Shown here: positions 9,861 to 19,686 of the stretch, in pieces
Layout: each line of letters starts with the position of its first letter
Position numbering within the stretch: position 1 is the first letter of the stretch
Source: Borreliella garinii
GTDB taxonomy: Bacteria > Spirochaetota > Spirochaetia > JABEVK01
Direction of reading: 5' to 3'
NCBI GenBank assembly: GCA_020720765.1
Contig: DYOB01000003.1
Span: 3,170-67,169, forward strand
Length of the DNA stretch: 64,000 nt
Notes under the pieces: generated by a model
What the model was told of the DNA's origin: nothing
Seen by the model: only the letters and a program-made list of their open reading frames with translations
The model's database searches: none
Program-made: the position numbers and the translations under genes

Positions 9861-10904
9861 TTAAAACCCTTGTGCCGTTGGAACTTCTTTATTTCTGTCT
9901 TCGAAATCTCGCCAGTGTCTGACAGCAACTTTAGAGAGAAAGTTTTTAATAAAGCGCATTGCTGTATCAGAGCTGTCTTCCCGGTGAAACTGAACCGCCT
10001 CTGTGAGTTGTTTTTTTGGAAATAGATGCAAGTCCCTAAGGAATTTTGGTAAATCTTTTTCAAGTCCTGAAAGCGAGGAATAATCACCATTTCCGGACAG
10101 TCTGAGCATATGGGCGTTCAAACGCTGCTCGTACTGCCCTCGTTGGGGTATTACAAATATAGGTTTTCTCAAAGCTATACATTCCGAAATGGATTGATGT
10201 CCGGCGCTTGTGATGACCCCCGCGCATCCGGCTAAATCTTTCGCATAGTTTTTATCAGAATCCGGATAGAGTATATAGTTCGTAATACCCAACTTTTCTA
10301 AGGTTTTTAAGACCGGAACTCGAAACGAAGGTTTCAGAGAAACCACAAGATAATCTCCCCGGGTCAAAGGGTATTGCTGGAGCTCTTTTCGGACTATAGG
10401 ACCGCAGTCACCACCGAAAAAACTGATAAAAACCCGTTCATCGTACGGGCCCATCATTTTCTTAGCCACCATACCGGCCAAGATAGCATCCGGGGTGAAG
10501 TTCATGTATTTCACTACTATGCCAGGGTGGTTAATTTGAAGCACGGGGATATCCAAGTCCCTCGCCGCAGTAGGCATGTAGGGCTCGTAGTCACTGATAA
10601 TGGCCTCAAGTTCCAGCATGGCTGTGAGCCGTTTTAATCGTTTTATATCCGGTCCTTGGTTCAACAACCCCCTGATACCGGCCTTTATGGCGGGCAACCA
10701 AAGAATTTTATCTTCTTTTTTTTCTAACACAAGCGAAGGAACAGTAAAGAGTGGAAGTTCCGAAAGATGCTTATGGATGAAACTATGCACCTCAACAGGA
10801 GCGAATAAGAAGAGGGTGTGTTCTGTTTTCAGCATTTGCGCAAAAGCTACCATGCGGGCAACGTGACCCCAGCCTTCACCGCAGCAAGACATTCCTATAC
10901 GCAT
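9861..10904 (-). CDS. Glycosyltransferase, MJ1255/TIGR00661-like GT-B fold family
   Basis: The N-terminus MRIGMSCCGEGWGHVARM matches the CGEGxGH signature of this family; 347 aa. Confidence 0.55.
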   Translation of the reverse strand: MRIGMSCCGEGWGHVARMVAFAQMLKTEHTLFLFAPVEVHSFIHKHLSELPLFTVPSLVLEKKEDKILWLPAIKAGIRGLLNQGPDIKRLKRLTAMLELEAIISDYEPYMPTAARDLDIPVLQINHPGIVVKYMNFTPDAILAGMVAKKMMGPYDERVFISFFGGDCGPIVRKELQQYPLTRGDYLVVSLKPSFRVPVLKTLEKLGITNYILYPDSDKNYAKDLAGCAGVITSAGHQSISECIALRKPIFVIPQRGQYEQRLNAHMLRLSGNGDYSSLSGLEKDLPKFLRDLHLFPKKQLTEAVQFHREDSSDTAMRFIKNFLSKVAVRHWRDFEDRNKEVPTAQGF

Positions 10905-11065
10905 ATCACCCCCAGTATACTAACAATTCATTATTTTAGTGAGATTATTATAAACTTCCCGTGAGATTTGTGTTTTATATCTTGACGTTTAGTCTTTCAG
11001 GGGTTATGCTCTGATTGATTATAAGTCGGTCCGTGTTATGCTCTAATTGAGCATAAGGAGGTCTT

Positions 11066-12022
11066 GTGAACATTCCCAACAAACTCAAAAACTTTATTCC
11101 ACTTTCGGAATGGCCTCTTATTGAACAAGATATCCTTGCTATCAACAAATTAAAACATGAAAAAGGTGCGGTAATTCTTGCCCATAACTATATGACACCT
11201 GAGATTTTCCATGGAATAGCCGATATCCGCGGTGATAGCCTCGCCCTAGCCCGTGAAGCAGTGGGTATCGACGCAGAAATTATCGTAATGTGCGGCGTTC
11301 ATTTTATGGCTGAAACGGTAAAAATTCTTAACCCTGGAAAAACTGTTCTGATTGCGGACCTTGCGGCAGGTTGCTCACTTGCTGAAGGTATCACTGCGGC
11401 CGATGTTCAACAGCTTCGGAAGCAGTATCCAGGTCTTCCAGTCGTTACTTACGTCAATACCTCTGCTGCTGTAAAGGCTGAAAGTGATATCTGCTGTACG
11501 AGTGGTAATGCTTTGAAAATCGTTGAGAGTCTTCCTGGAGACAGTGTTATCTTTTTACCAGACCGCTACCTTGCTGAAAATGTTGCTAAAAACACATTAA
11601 AAAAAGTAATTACCTGGACAGCCAGCTGTATGGTCCACGAGCGATTTACTCCAGAAGAACTTCAAATGATGCGTACTTCCTACCCGGGGACGGTTATCCT
11701 TGCCCATCCGGAATGCCCGCGCCTTGTGGCTGATAACTCGGATTTTACGGGTTCTACAGCCCAAATGGTTCAATGGCTTGAAAAAAACAGGCCCCCAAAA
11801 GCCCTTCTCCTCACCGAGTGTTCCATGAGCGATAATGTAGCCATAGATTTTCCGGATATTGAGTTTGTCCGTCCGTGTAACCTTTGCCCCCACATGAAAA
11901 GAATTTCTCTGACTAAAGTTCGACGAACACTTGAAAATCTGAGTCCAGAGGTCCTTGTTGATCCGGGGATCATTCCCCGCGCGAGAAAAGCTATAGAAAG
12001 AATGCTTGAGGTGGGAAGATGA
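11066..12022 (+). CDS. nadA: Quinolinate synthase
   Basis: 318 aa. Conserved NadA blocks (ILAHNYM, GDSLALAREA, HFMAETVKIL, cysteine ligands). GTG start preceded by AAGGAGG. Confidence 0.9.
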   Translation: MNIPNKLKNFIPLSEWPLIEQDILAINKLKHEKGAVILAHNYMTPEIFHGIADIRGDSLALAREAVGIDAEIIVMCGVHFMAETVKILNPGKTVLIADLAAGCSLAEGITAADVQQLRKQYPGLPVVTYVNTSAAVKAESDICCTSGNALKIVESLPGDSVIFLPDRYLAENVAKNTLKKVITWTASCMVHERFTPEELQMMRTSYPGTVILAHPECPRLVADNSDFTGSTAQMVQWLEKNRPPKALLLTECSMSDNVAIDFPDIEFVRPCNLCPHMKRISLTKVRRTLENLSPEVLVDPGIIPRARKAIERMLEVGR

Positions 12023-13596
12023 CCAATTTTTCCTGGATTGAAACCCACGAGGCGGTCATTATCGGCGGTGGTGCGGCAGGTCTTACCACGGCTCTTTCCG
12101 CAGCACCGATGAAGGCCCTCGTCCTGGTTCAGGGTGATGATTATCTACACGGATCCACAGCGCACGCCCAGGGCGGAATAGCCTCGCCCACCGACGACGA
12201 GGACGTCCTTCTCCACGGTAGGGATACATTAAAAAGCGCCGCCGGTTCCGCCATCCCCGAAGCGGTGTCCATTCTAGTAAAAGAGGGACATGCTGCAGTT
12301 GCCTGGGTCGCAAAACACGGCCTCGTCTGGGATGTCCGTCCTGACGGAAAGGTCCTTCTCGGCCGTGAAGGCGCCCACAGTAAAAACCGGATTCTCCACG
12401 CAGGAGGGGACGCCACAGGGAGACACGTTTCGGAAACCCTTTATCACGCTGCAAAAAAAAGCCCGTATCTGGAGCTTCGCTATAGGGCCCGAGTCGTACA
12501 GATAACCCAAGATGAGTTTGGTATTTCAGGGCTTGTGGTCCACTGGGAAAAACACGGGCTTGGCTTTATCCACACACGAAAAATCGTTCTGGCAACCGGT
12601 GGTTATGGGGGCCTATTCCGCCCTACTACAAGCCCCGCACTTTCAACGGGCGAAGGCCTATTTCTCGCTGCAGAACTGGGCTGTCCCCTGCAAGACCTTG
12701 AAATGATCCAATTCCACCCAACCGCGCTGGATGTTCCTGGCGACAGGAGCCTCCACCTTCTCACAGAGGCCCTAAGGGGTGCAGGAGCTCGATTGGTGAT
12801 GGTAGACGGCACAGATTTGCCCATCAATCATCCTCAAGGCCCGCTTGGTCCTAGAGACATCGTTGCACGCGCCATATTTGAACAAAAATCCAAAGGCCTT
12901 TCTGTTTTTCTCGATGCCCGCGGGGTTTCCAACGCAGAAACCCGGTTTCCTACAGTATCAGTCTTCACACAAGCATTCGGGTTGATGCTTTCAAGAGACC
13001 TTATACCCGTAACTCCCGCCGCCCACTATACCATGGGTGGAGTTGCCGTTGATCTGAATTCGCAGACGCCTATTCCAGGATTATGGGTCGTAGGCGAGGC
13101 TGCTTCCAACGGAATTCACGGCGCCAACCGCCTGGCAAGCAACTCACTTCTCGAGTGTCTTGTTTTTGGCCGGAGAGCCGGTAAAACACTTAAAAGTACC
13201 CGGAACTTAAAATACCCCTCCTCCCAATTGCCCCCAGGCAAAATGGTCTATAGTATAAAAGAAGCAGACCCATCCGCACTCGATGCACTAGGTACCTTGC
13301 TTTTTTATTACGCCGGTCCTGTACGAACGGAAACACAGCTCAACCTCGGTATCCAAGCACTAAACGCGTGGATGGTTCAATGGCTTGATTCCAAGAAACA
13401 GAACCTCACTTTGAAACGGGCTTTCCATTTGTCCCTTGGGATTTTTGAATCTGCCCTAGCCCGCACAGAAAGCCGTGGGGCTCATTTTCGCTTGGACTAT
13501 CCGGATAGCGATCCTGCATGGGCCAGGCTCAATAGTTGGAAATACGCTTTTTCCGACCCGCTGAGTTTTATCGGAAAGGCAAGGAACATCGCTTGA
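12019..13596 (+). CDS. nadB: L-aspartate oxidase
   Basis: 525 aa. FAD-binding GGGAAGL and the HGSTAHAQGGIA motif. Overlaps nadA by 4 nt. Confidence 0.9.
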   Translation: MTNFSWIETHEAVIIGGGAAGLTTALSAAPMKALVLVQGDDYLHGSTAHAQGGIASPTDDEDVLLHGRDTLKSAAGSAIPEAVSILVKEGHAAVAWVAKHGLVWDVRPDGKVLLGREGAHSKNRILHAGGDATGRHVSETLYHAAKKSPYLELRYRARVVQITQDEFGISGLVVHWEKHGLGFIHTRKIVLATGGYGGLFRPTTSPALSTGEGLFLAAELGCPLQDLEMIQFHPTALDVPGDRSLHLLTEALRGAGARLVMVDGTDLPINHPQGPLGPRDIVARAIFEQKSKGLSVFLDARGVSNAETRFPTVSVFTQAFGLMLSRDLIPVTPAAHYTMGGVAVDLNSQTPIPGLWVVGEAASNGIHGANRLASNSLLECLVFGRRAGKTLKSTRNLKYPSSQLPPGKMVYSIKEADPSALDALGTLLFYYAGPVRTETQLNLGIQALNAWMVQWLDSKKQNLTLKRAFHLSLGIFESALARTESRGAHFRLDYPDSDPAWARLNSWKYAFSDPLSFIGKARNIA

Positions 13597-14432
13597 TCCT
13601 TTACCTGGAACAGTATGAAGGACTTTTAAGAAAGGCCTTTGAGGAAGATCTTGGAACTTCGGGAGATTGGTCTTCCAACCTGATTTTTAATAACGCGCAG
13701 AAAGGGAAGTTTATACTCCGCGCAAGGGAGTCCGGCGTTTTAGCAGGTATCGAAATCGTAGCCTCGGCGTTTCATTTTCTTTCACCAAGTGTCCAGGTAT
13801 CAATCTTAAAAAATGATGGTTCAACCATACTTTCCGGTGATGACGTTTTAGTTGTAGAAGGCCCCCTCGTACCCATCCTTACCTCGGAGCGGACGGCTTT
13901 AAACTTTCTCACGCATCTTTCGGGTATTGCGACGTTAACCCGTGCTTTTGTAGAAAAAGTCCGGGGGTTTTCATGCAGGATAGCCGACACCAGAAAAACC
14001 CTGCCAGGACTTCGTTCCTTAGAAAAATATGCCGTCAGGATGGGGGGCGGGGTCAATCATCGGTTTGGACTTTACGATATGATCATGCTGAAAGACAACC
14101 ACGTTAAATATTCCGGAGGCATCGCCCAAGCCGTAAAAAAAATCCGGGAAAAAATTGGCCACTCTATGAAAATTCAAGTAGAAGCAGACACCCTTGAACA
14201 GTTTTATGAAATTCTGGATAGCGGCGCAGATTGCGTACTTCTTGACAATATGACCCTCGATGAACTCAATACCGCCACCTCAGCAGGAAAGGGAAAAATC
14301 ATTCTAGAGGCTTCGGGAGGTGTAACGATCGAAACCGTTAGAGGCATAGCAGAAACCGGTGTCGATATCATCTCCGTTGGACGGCTTACCCATAGCGCCC
14401 CCGCTATGGACTTCGGTCTGGATGCAGGGTAG
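13593..14432 (+). CDS. nadC: Nicotinate-nucleotide pyrophosphorylase (carboxylating)
   Basis: QPRTase family. The listed ORF starts at 13536 inside nadB; a TTG at 13593 overlapping the nadB stop (TTGA) is the more plausible start. Confidence 0.8.
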   Translation: MILYLEQYEGLLRKAFEEDLGTSGDWSSNLIFNNAQKGKFILRARESGVLAGIEIVASAFHFLSPSVQVSILKNDGSTILSGDDVLVVEGPLVPILTSERTALNFLTHLSGIATLTRAFVEKVRGFSCRIADTRKTLPGLRSLEKYAVRMGGGVNHRFGLYDMIMLKDNHVKYSGGIAQAVKKIREKIGHSMKIQVEADTLEQFYEILDSGADCVLLDNMTLDELNTATSAGKGKIILEASGGVTIETVRGIAETGVDIISVGRLTHSAPAMDFGLDAG

Positions 14433-15593
14433 TTACGGTAATTTATCCAGAATTGCTTGTGCTTTGAGTTTGAGAACAGGTGCGTAATTCATAGCGGTAA
14501 ATTCCATCAGTGCTTGCTTGGTCCGCGGATCTAAAATAGCTTCGAAACTGGATAAAAGTTGATTGACCATGCGGTAGGCCGTGTCGTTATTCCCACCTGC
14601 AGCCTGTCGTTGATTATATTGTTGGAGTAGAGTCGTTAAATATGTAATGCCCTCGTCTGTTTTTCCCCTGGCAATTGCATCTATCAAGGAAGCAGTTTCA
14701 CTCCAGTCCCTATTGAGTTCAATAAGTCTGGAAAAAGGTACTACGATATCCGCTTCAGCCTGCGAATATTGCACCGCAAGTTTTGCCGCTTCCCGGGTAT
14801 AGAGTTCTATCAGCCGCGTATCCTCAAAATTAACAGGCTGGAAACTCAACCCGTGTTTTAATATTTCGATAGCCTTTTTAGCCTGGATCGCGGTATCACC
14901 TTCATTTTCTCGAAGGTAACGGACAGCTTGAATTCGGTACCTTAAGGCTTCCCCTGAAACTGCAAAGTTAGCGACGGTTTCGGTGAGATTCGACCCTAAT
15001 TTTTTCCAGGCTTGTTCTGCAACAACCTTAACTTGGGAGCGTGAAGAAAACCAGCTCCTGCTTGCTACAAAAAGCGCAGCAAAGGCTTCGGGTCTGCCCG
15101 AGGCTTCAAGGCCCTTAACTATTCCATAAGCAAATATTTCTTCATCCCTGCTTCTTCTTGTACTGTCTGAAAGACTTAAAAGCGTTTCTGCCAGATATTT
15201 CAAGGAATCGGTTTCACCTACACGTCCTAAAGAAAAATAAGCTTCTCCTCGTAAAATTGGTTCCCTAATCTCCCTGGTCAGTTGAAACAACACAGACTCG
15301 GCGGTTTTAACCTTGAGTTGGCCCAATTGTTGAACAAGTAAAAGTGCAAGATTTTGTTTGACATCCCTATCTCTGGGGGTGCCCTCTTCTATACGGCGGG
15401 ACACCAGATCGCGGAGAGTCTGTTCGAAGACCTCCGCATAGTCCGGGCTCGGAGCCCGTACCATTCGTTGAACAACATTGAGCCTTTCTTGATCGGTAAA
15501 ACTCCGTTTCAACAGGTTCGACATCTGTTGGGGCGAATCTTGTGCGTTCAAAACTCCGGACACAAGGAGGCAAAGCGCAATAAAGTTTTTCAT
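14433..15593 (-). CDS. Hypothetical secreted protein, alpha-helical (HEAT-like) repeats
   Basis: N-terminal signal peptide MKNFIALCLLVSGVLNAQ; 386 aa; helical repeat character. No recognisable catalytic motif. Confidence 0.4.
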   Translation of the reverse strand: MKNFIALCLLVSGVLNAQDSPQQMSNLLKRSFTDQERLNVVQRMVRAPSPDYAEVFEQTLRDLVSRRIEEGTPRDRDVKQNLALLLVQQLGQLKVKTAESVLFQLTREIREPILRGEAYFSLGRVGETDSLKYLAETLLSLSDSTRRSRDEEIFAYGIVKGLEASGRPEAFAALFVASRSWFSSRSQVKVVAEQAWKKLGSNLTETVANFAVSGEALRYRIQAVRYLRENEGDTAIQAKKAIEILKHGLSFQPVNFEDTRLIELYTREAAKLAVQYSQAEADIVVPFSRLIELNRDWSETASLIDAIARGKTDEGITYLTTLLQQYNQRQAAGGNNDTAYRMVNQLLSSFEAILDPRTKQALMEFTAMNYAPVLKLKAQAILDKLP

Positions 15594-15633
15594 TATTACA
15601 TTTTACCCCCAGTTGTAGGAGTTTTCAAGTGGA

Positions 15634-17409
15634 TTACGGATTTGTTGTGGGTATTTCCGGACCATAGATCGCTTCCCAATCGCTTTCCGGTGATTCTGGC
15701 TCTGCCTGGCCGGGGAATCCATTGGCCGCACGGGCATCCTTACCGTCATAACGGACAACCGCTTGGATTTTCCAGTTCGAAAGGTTGAGAACACTGGAGT
15801 CCACAGGTCCAGCTATTGTCAAGGAAGGTGACCATGTCATCGTAAGGGTTGCCTGGTTAGGTATTAAAGCCCAGTCGAAGACCATCGCAGTTTCCACTGT
15901 TTGGGTCCAAGCCCCCTCGGACTTGTTTGACGCAGGAATCTGGGTATATGGACCAGCGATTTGGCCCCCTCCCGCCGTTTTTCGGATGTTATCCTTGGCG
16001 CTGAGTTGATAATTCTCGGAATACGTGGCCAGAGTCCATGTTCCATTCAGGGTTAAACGGAATTCGGGAAAAGGTTCAAACCGAAACCGTACCCCTGCGG
16101 TATGTGCGTGGTCCATTCTGAAGAAGCTGCCGGTAAGGACGGGATCTTCAAAACTCACATTGCTACCATTTTTAAGAGTGCTCTCGGAATATTGCGCAGT
16201 GTAGTTTAGAAGATGGAAACCTAACTTAGGAATATACTGCAACCTAACCTGAACGACCTTTGTGGGACGGAAATCCAGCTCAAAAGGAAGCTGAACCCCA
16301 AAGTCAAACTCAGGTGCCATTCCGTAAACCGTGGTTCTGATTTGATAATCGCCGTTATCCCAAGCTGGACCAAAACTTGAATCGTAGTAATAGGTGGCGC
16401 TTTGGTCCATCGTTTGACCATAAAGCTTCATTTCAAACCAGGCGTCAAACTCTGGAATAAACCTTAAACGGTACCAACTTTGGAAAGCCGAAATGGCCCA
16501 TTTATCCAAATCGATCTCTGTTTCGACCATACCGTCATACCGCAACTTAACCCACGAAAAACTTTCGTTATGGGCAACCGAGTAGCTTTTTTGCAGGTTG
16601 CTGTTATCCTGCACGAAAATCGTTTCAGAATTATACTGGTCACCGGCCCCATCAAATGCCGCCAACGAAATTCCCGATGCGTTTAACACTGGCAACCCGG
16701 CTGGCGCACCTCCGGCTCCAAGAATACCAACGTGGAGCTTGTGGGAACTGTTAAGCCTTCCGACAGAGTATAACCATTCTTGGGAATCCAAAATGTCATC
16801 TGTTCGATTAACAAAGGGCTGGTTAAGAAAACTAAAACCAAATCCCAGCTTTATAGGAATTTCACCAGCGAATCGTTTTGACGTTAATCGTCTGTCATCC
16901 ACCCCCGGGTTCAAAATGTCGATCAATCCGGCGGTTGTAAAATGATGGTCATACTTCATTTCTATTGTTTCCCACCTACCGTAATCCAGGCCAGACCCAA
17001 AGGAAAATCCGAACGACGCTTTATCGCCGACAACATAACCTACGTATGCGTGTAAAATATTTTTAATCGGTCCCGCGGTAAAGCTATTTTCTTTGGTTTC
17101 ACGGCTCATACCACCTAAAGAGCCATCTCCGTTGGCGTGGTATTCCCTAGAAAGCTCGCTAACTGCTTGAGTAGCTTGGTTTTCAAACTCCCCGATAACA
17201 GATATCTTCCAATTGTAGGAGAGCGCAAAACCCAAACCGATATAAAAATCTTCCGCTACGTGGAGAGGGTCTACCAAACGGAAATTCAGCACATTCTTGC
17301 TGATTCCGGGAAGGTAGATTTCACTCTCTATGTCTCTTTCTTCGTCCCATGCGTGAATCTGCATAGAAAAACACAGCAGCACCAAGCCCGCTGTCGCAAA
17401 TTTTTTCAT
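15634..17409 (-). CDS. Hypothetical secreted protein, possible outer-membrane beta-barrel
   Basis: Signal peptide with an IHA-WD cleavage site; 591 aa. Rich in G/Y/F/W with alternating hydrophobic patterns (FGFSFGSGLDYGRWE, KLGFGFSFLN). Confidence 0.35.
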   Translation of the reverse strand: MKKFATAGLVLLCFSMQIHAWDEERDIESEIYLPGISKNVLNFRLVDPLHVAEDFYIGLGFALSYNWKISVIGEFENQATQAVSELSREYHANGDGSLGGMSRETKENSFTAGPIKNILHAYVGYVVGDKASFGFSFGSGLDYGRWETIEMKYDHHFTTAGLIDILNPGVDDRRLTSKRFAGEIPIKLGFGFSFLNQPFVNRTDDILDSQEWLYSVGRLNSSHKLHVGILGAGGAPAGLPVLNASGISLAAFDGAGDQYNSETIFVQDNSNLQKSYSVAHNESFSWVKLRYDGMVETEIDLDKWAISAFQSWYRLRFIPEFDAWFEMKLYGQTMDQSATYYYDSSFGPAWDNGDYQIRTTVYGMAPEFDFGVQLPFELDFRPTKVVQVRLQYIPKLGFHLLNYTAQYSESTLKNGSNVSFEDPVLTGSFFRMDHAHTAGVRFRFEPFPEFRLTLNGTWTLATYSENYQLSAKDNIRKTAGGGQIAGPYTQIPASNKSEGAWTQTVETAMVFDWALIPNQATLTMTWSPSLTIAGPVDSSVLNLSNWKIQAVVRYDGKDARAANGFPGQAEPESPESDWEAIYGPEIPTTNP

Positions 17410-17424
17410 CCAATTCTCCTTCTT

Positions 17425-19686
17425 TTACGGTATATAAATTCTGGCGACAACGGGCTCGTGGTCGCTGAGTATTCTATTGCTTTGAGTTTCATCGTAAAAC
17501 ACATCCCTATTTCTTCTGACAACATCCAAAACCGACCCTGTAACTGCATTGTTGGAAACCAAAATATGATCCAAACTTTGCGAATTCCCTAAATGGATAT
17601 ATGTATACCTTTCATTAACAGCGTTTTTGTTATGAAGATTGAACAACCCGGCTTCTTCAAAAATGAGCAAGGTCCTGCTGAAATGGTAATCGTTAAAATC
17701 TCCAACAATAATGACAATCGCCGCCGGGTCCAAAGCCTTAATTTCCCGCACAAAATTAGAAATGTATTCCGCACGCTGGTGCCGTTTTTCCTCTGAAGGC
17801 CTCAAGATGGGCTGATACGGCCCAAAAAAGGCCCCGTCGCCAATTTTACTGTTAAGGTGTGCTGCTATAAAAAAGACTTTTTTACCATTAAAAATAAACT
17901 GGGCGACAAGCGGCTTTCGAGTATAGTCGAATAAATCTTCCCCGGCACCTATTAACCCAGGATTCCACCCTAGTTCCGGCCCGGTTGGACCATTAGTAAC
18001 TTGTACAGACGTCTGTGCGGGATCTACACTTTCTGGCGGCGTCTTCAAATTAAAAGTCAAGTTTGGTGTTCTGTTGGTGCGATACAGGATAGCCGGTCTA
18101 ATGTTGGCGCCGGGGGCTCCCCCGTTTCTGTTATTGAGGGGTGCAACTTCCATGGCGGCATAGCCCGCTACTAATAAATCGCCCAGGGTGCCGGCACCGC
18201 TTACAGTACCATCATCCTGTTCACCCGAATCATCCTGGACTTCTACAAGTCCGATGATGTCGGGGCTGTTCAATCTCGTACCGGTAATTTCTGTTTTAAA
18301 TGTTAATGCGCGACTATCGCCTTTTGCAAAGTTTTCCAAGTTCATCGTGGCAACCAATAAATTCGTTGCGTCACCGCCCGGTTGGAGCGAGTCTTCCTGG
18401 ATAACACCCATATTATTAACTGCTCCTGAAAGAGCAAGTGTTCTTACCATAAAGGTGTTTCTGCTATAGTCCACCAGACCAGTCATAGAACCTATGGTAC
18501 TCCCGGTATTTACCAAAGGCATATTTCCCCTGCTATCAGCTGATGAAGGGGTTTGAGCAGGGTAGTCCAAGTACGAAAATCTGTATTTCCATTCGTATTT
18601 TATGATTTGGATTGTCCGTGCATTTGTTTCATTGTACGACTGAAGCAAGGCTCCGCCAGCCGCTGTCGTTTGAGCTAGAGAACCACCATCGGGCGAAACA
18701 TAAATGTCTCCATATTGGCTCGTTGGTTCCACTACTTTTAGGTTGGACATGGTGATGAGCATTCCTTCCAAACTTTCCCAAAAGTCTACCGCATTCAGTG
18801 CGGGGTTAAAATCCCAGGATTCGGCTTCAATAGTGCCTTCTATTACCGCGTGCCTTGCGGGTATGATGCGTTTTCCCGTTGCCGGGGTTACACCTACAGA
18901 AATTGCCGGCGGTATTTTCGAATCTGCGGGACCGGTACCAGCAAGAAGGATTTCCACGTTATCTTTCGAAGTGCGGATCCAGGTCCTGCTCAAGTTACCG
19001 TCATAGCCATAATCCAAGAAGGAAAAGTCATACCGGTTTTCCTCAACAATTCCTCTTTTAATGTTGACCAAGCTCCCAACAGGAACGGAAAAACTGGTGT
19101 CCTGTAAGGGAATATAAATAAATAGCCCTTCGCTTGTTTTTTCGTCACCGTCGGAGTTTTTTGTTTGAATATAAATACCGTACCAAGGTACAGCAAGTTT
19201 GTAATACTCTTGGAATTCCACACCCGTCACAATTCCGACGACATTTGTCACTTCTTGGTTTACAAAAGGAGAAAGGTGGGCCCGGCCTTGGATTTCCGGA
19301 ATTTTGTAAATGTCACCAACGGGGTTGAAGACCTCGGAGTTAAAGTTTTTTACCTCAATTCCATCAACAATCTGTCTGGAGTCCGATGCTGCGGCTGCGG
19401 AATAAACAAAATAACCATGAAGATCTACTTCTATGCGATAATCACCCGCCGGTAGTGAAGAAAAGGAATAACCACCACTCGCATCGGTGCGCGTTGACTT
19501 ATTCACAGGACCAAAGAGTTGGACGCTAGCTTCTACTAGTGTTGCAGGACCAGTTCCGTTATAAACGGTGCCTGTTATTTGGTGCGGTCCGGTTGTTTCG
19601 CTCCCCGGAATAGGAAAGGTAAAGGGTTGGCCACAAGCGCCGACTACCAAGATAAAACCGGCTAGAACACTCCATTTATGGATCAT
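17425..19686 (-). CDS. Extracellular endonuclease lipoprotein, ExeM/NucH-like (carboxypeptidase-regulatory-like domain + EEP nuclease domain)
   Basis: Internal start MIHKWSVLAGFILVVGAC (lipobox). CarbopepD_reg-like segment GTVYNGTGPATLVEASVQLFG...GGYSFSSLPAGDYRIEV. The EEP motifs LLVATMNLENF ... ILSDHEPVVARIYIP are C-terminal. Confidence 0.65.
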   Translation of the reverse strand: MIHKWSVLAGFILVVGACGQPFTFPIPGSETTGPHQITGTVYNGTGPATLVEASVQLFGPVNKSTRTDASGGYSFSSLPAGDYRIEVDLHGYFVYSAAAASDSRQIVDGIEVKNFNSEVFNPVGDIYKIPEIQGRAHLSPFVNQEVTNVVGIVTGVEFQEYYKLAVPWYGIYIQTKNSDGDEKTSEGLFIYIPLQDTSFSVPVGSLVNIKRGIVEENRYDFSFLDYGYDGNLSRTWIRTSKDNVEILLAGTGPADSKIPPAISVGVTPATGKRIIPARHAVIEGTIEAESWDFNPALNAVDFWESLEGMLITMSNLKVVEPTSQYGDIYVSPDGGSLAQTTAAGGALLQSYNETNARTIQIIKYEWKYRFSYLDYPAQTPSSADSRGNMPLVNTGSTIGSMTGLVDYSRNTFMVRTLALSGAVNNMGVIQEDSLQPGGDATNLLVATMNLENFAKGDSRALTFKTEITGTRLNSPDIIGLVEVQDDSGEQDDGTVSGAGTLGDLLVAGYAAMEVAPLNNRNGGAPGANIRPAILYRTNRTPNLTFNLKTPPESVDPAQTSVQVTNGPTGPELGWNPGLIGAGEDLFDYTRKPLVAQFIFNGKKVFFIAAHLNSKIGDGAFFGPYQPILRPSEEKRHQRAEYISNFVREIKALDPAAIVIIVGDFNDYHFSRTLLIFEEAGLFNLHNKNAVNERYTYIHLGNSQSLDHILVSNNAVTGSVLDVVRRNRDVFYDETQSNRILSDHEPVVARIYIP

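Noticed and set aside
12083-12827. Minus-strand ORFs 74–123 aa inside nadB
   Set aside because: Arg/Pro-rich antisense frames of a GC-rich conserved gene. Spurious.
13536-13592. nadC start at 13536, 60 nt inside nadB
   Set aside because: A long overlap is unlikely. The TTG at 13593 forms a TTGA stop–start overlap with nadB.
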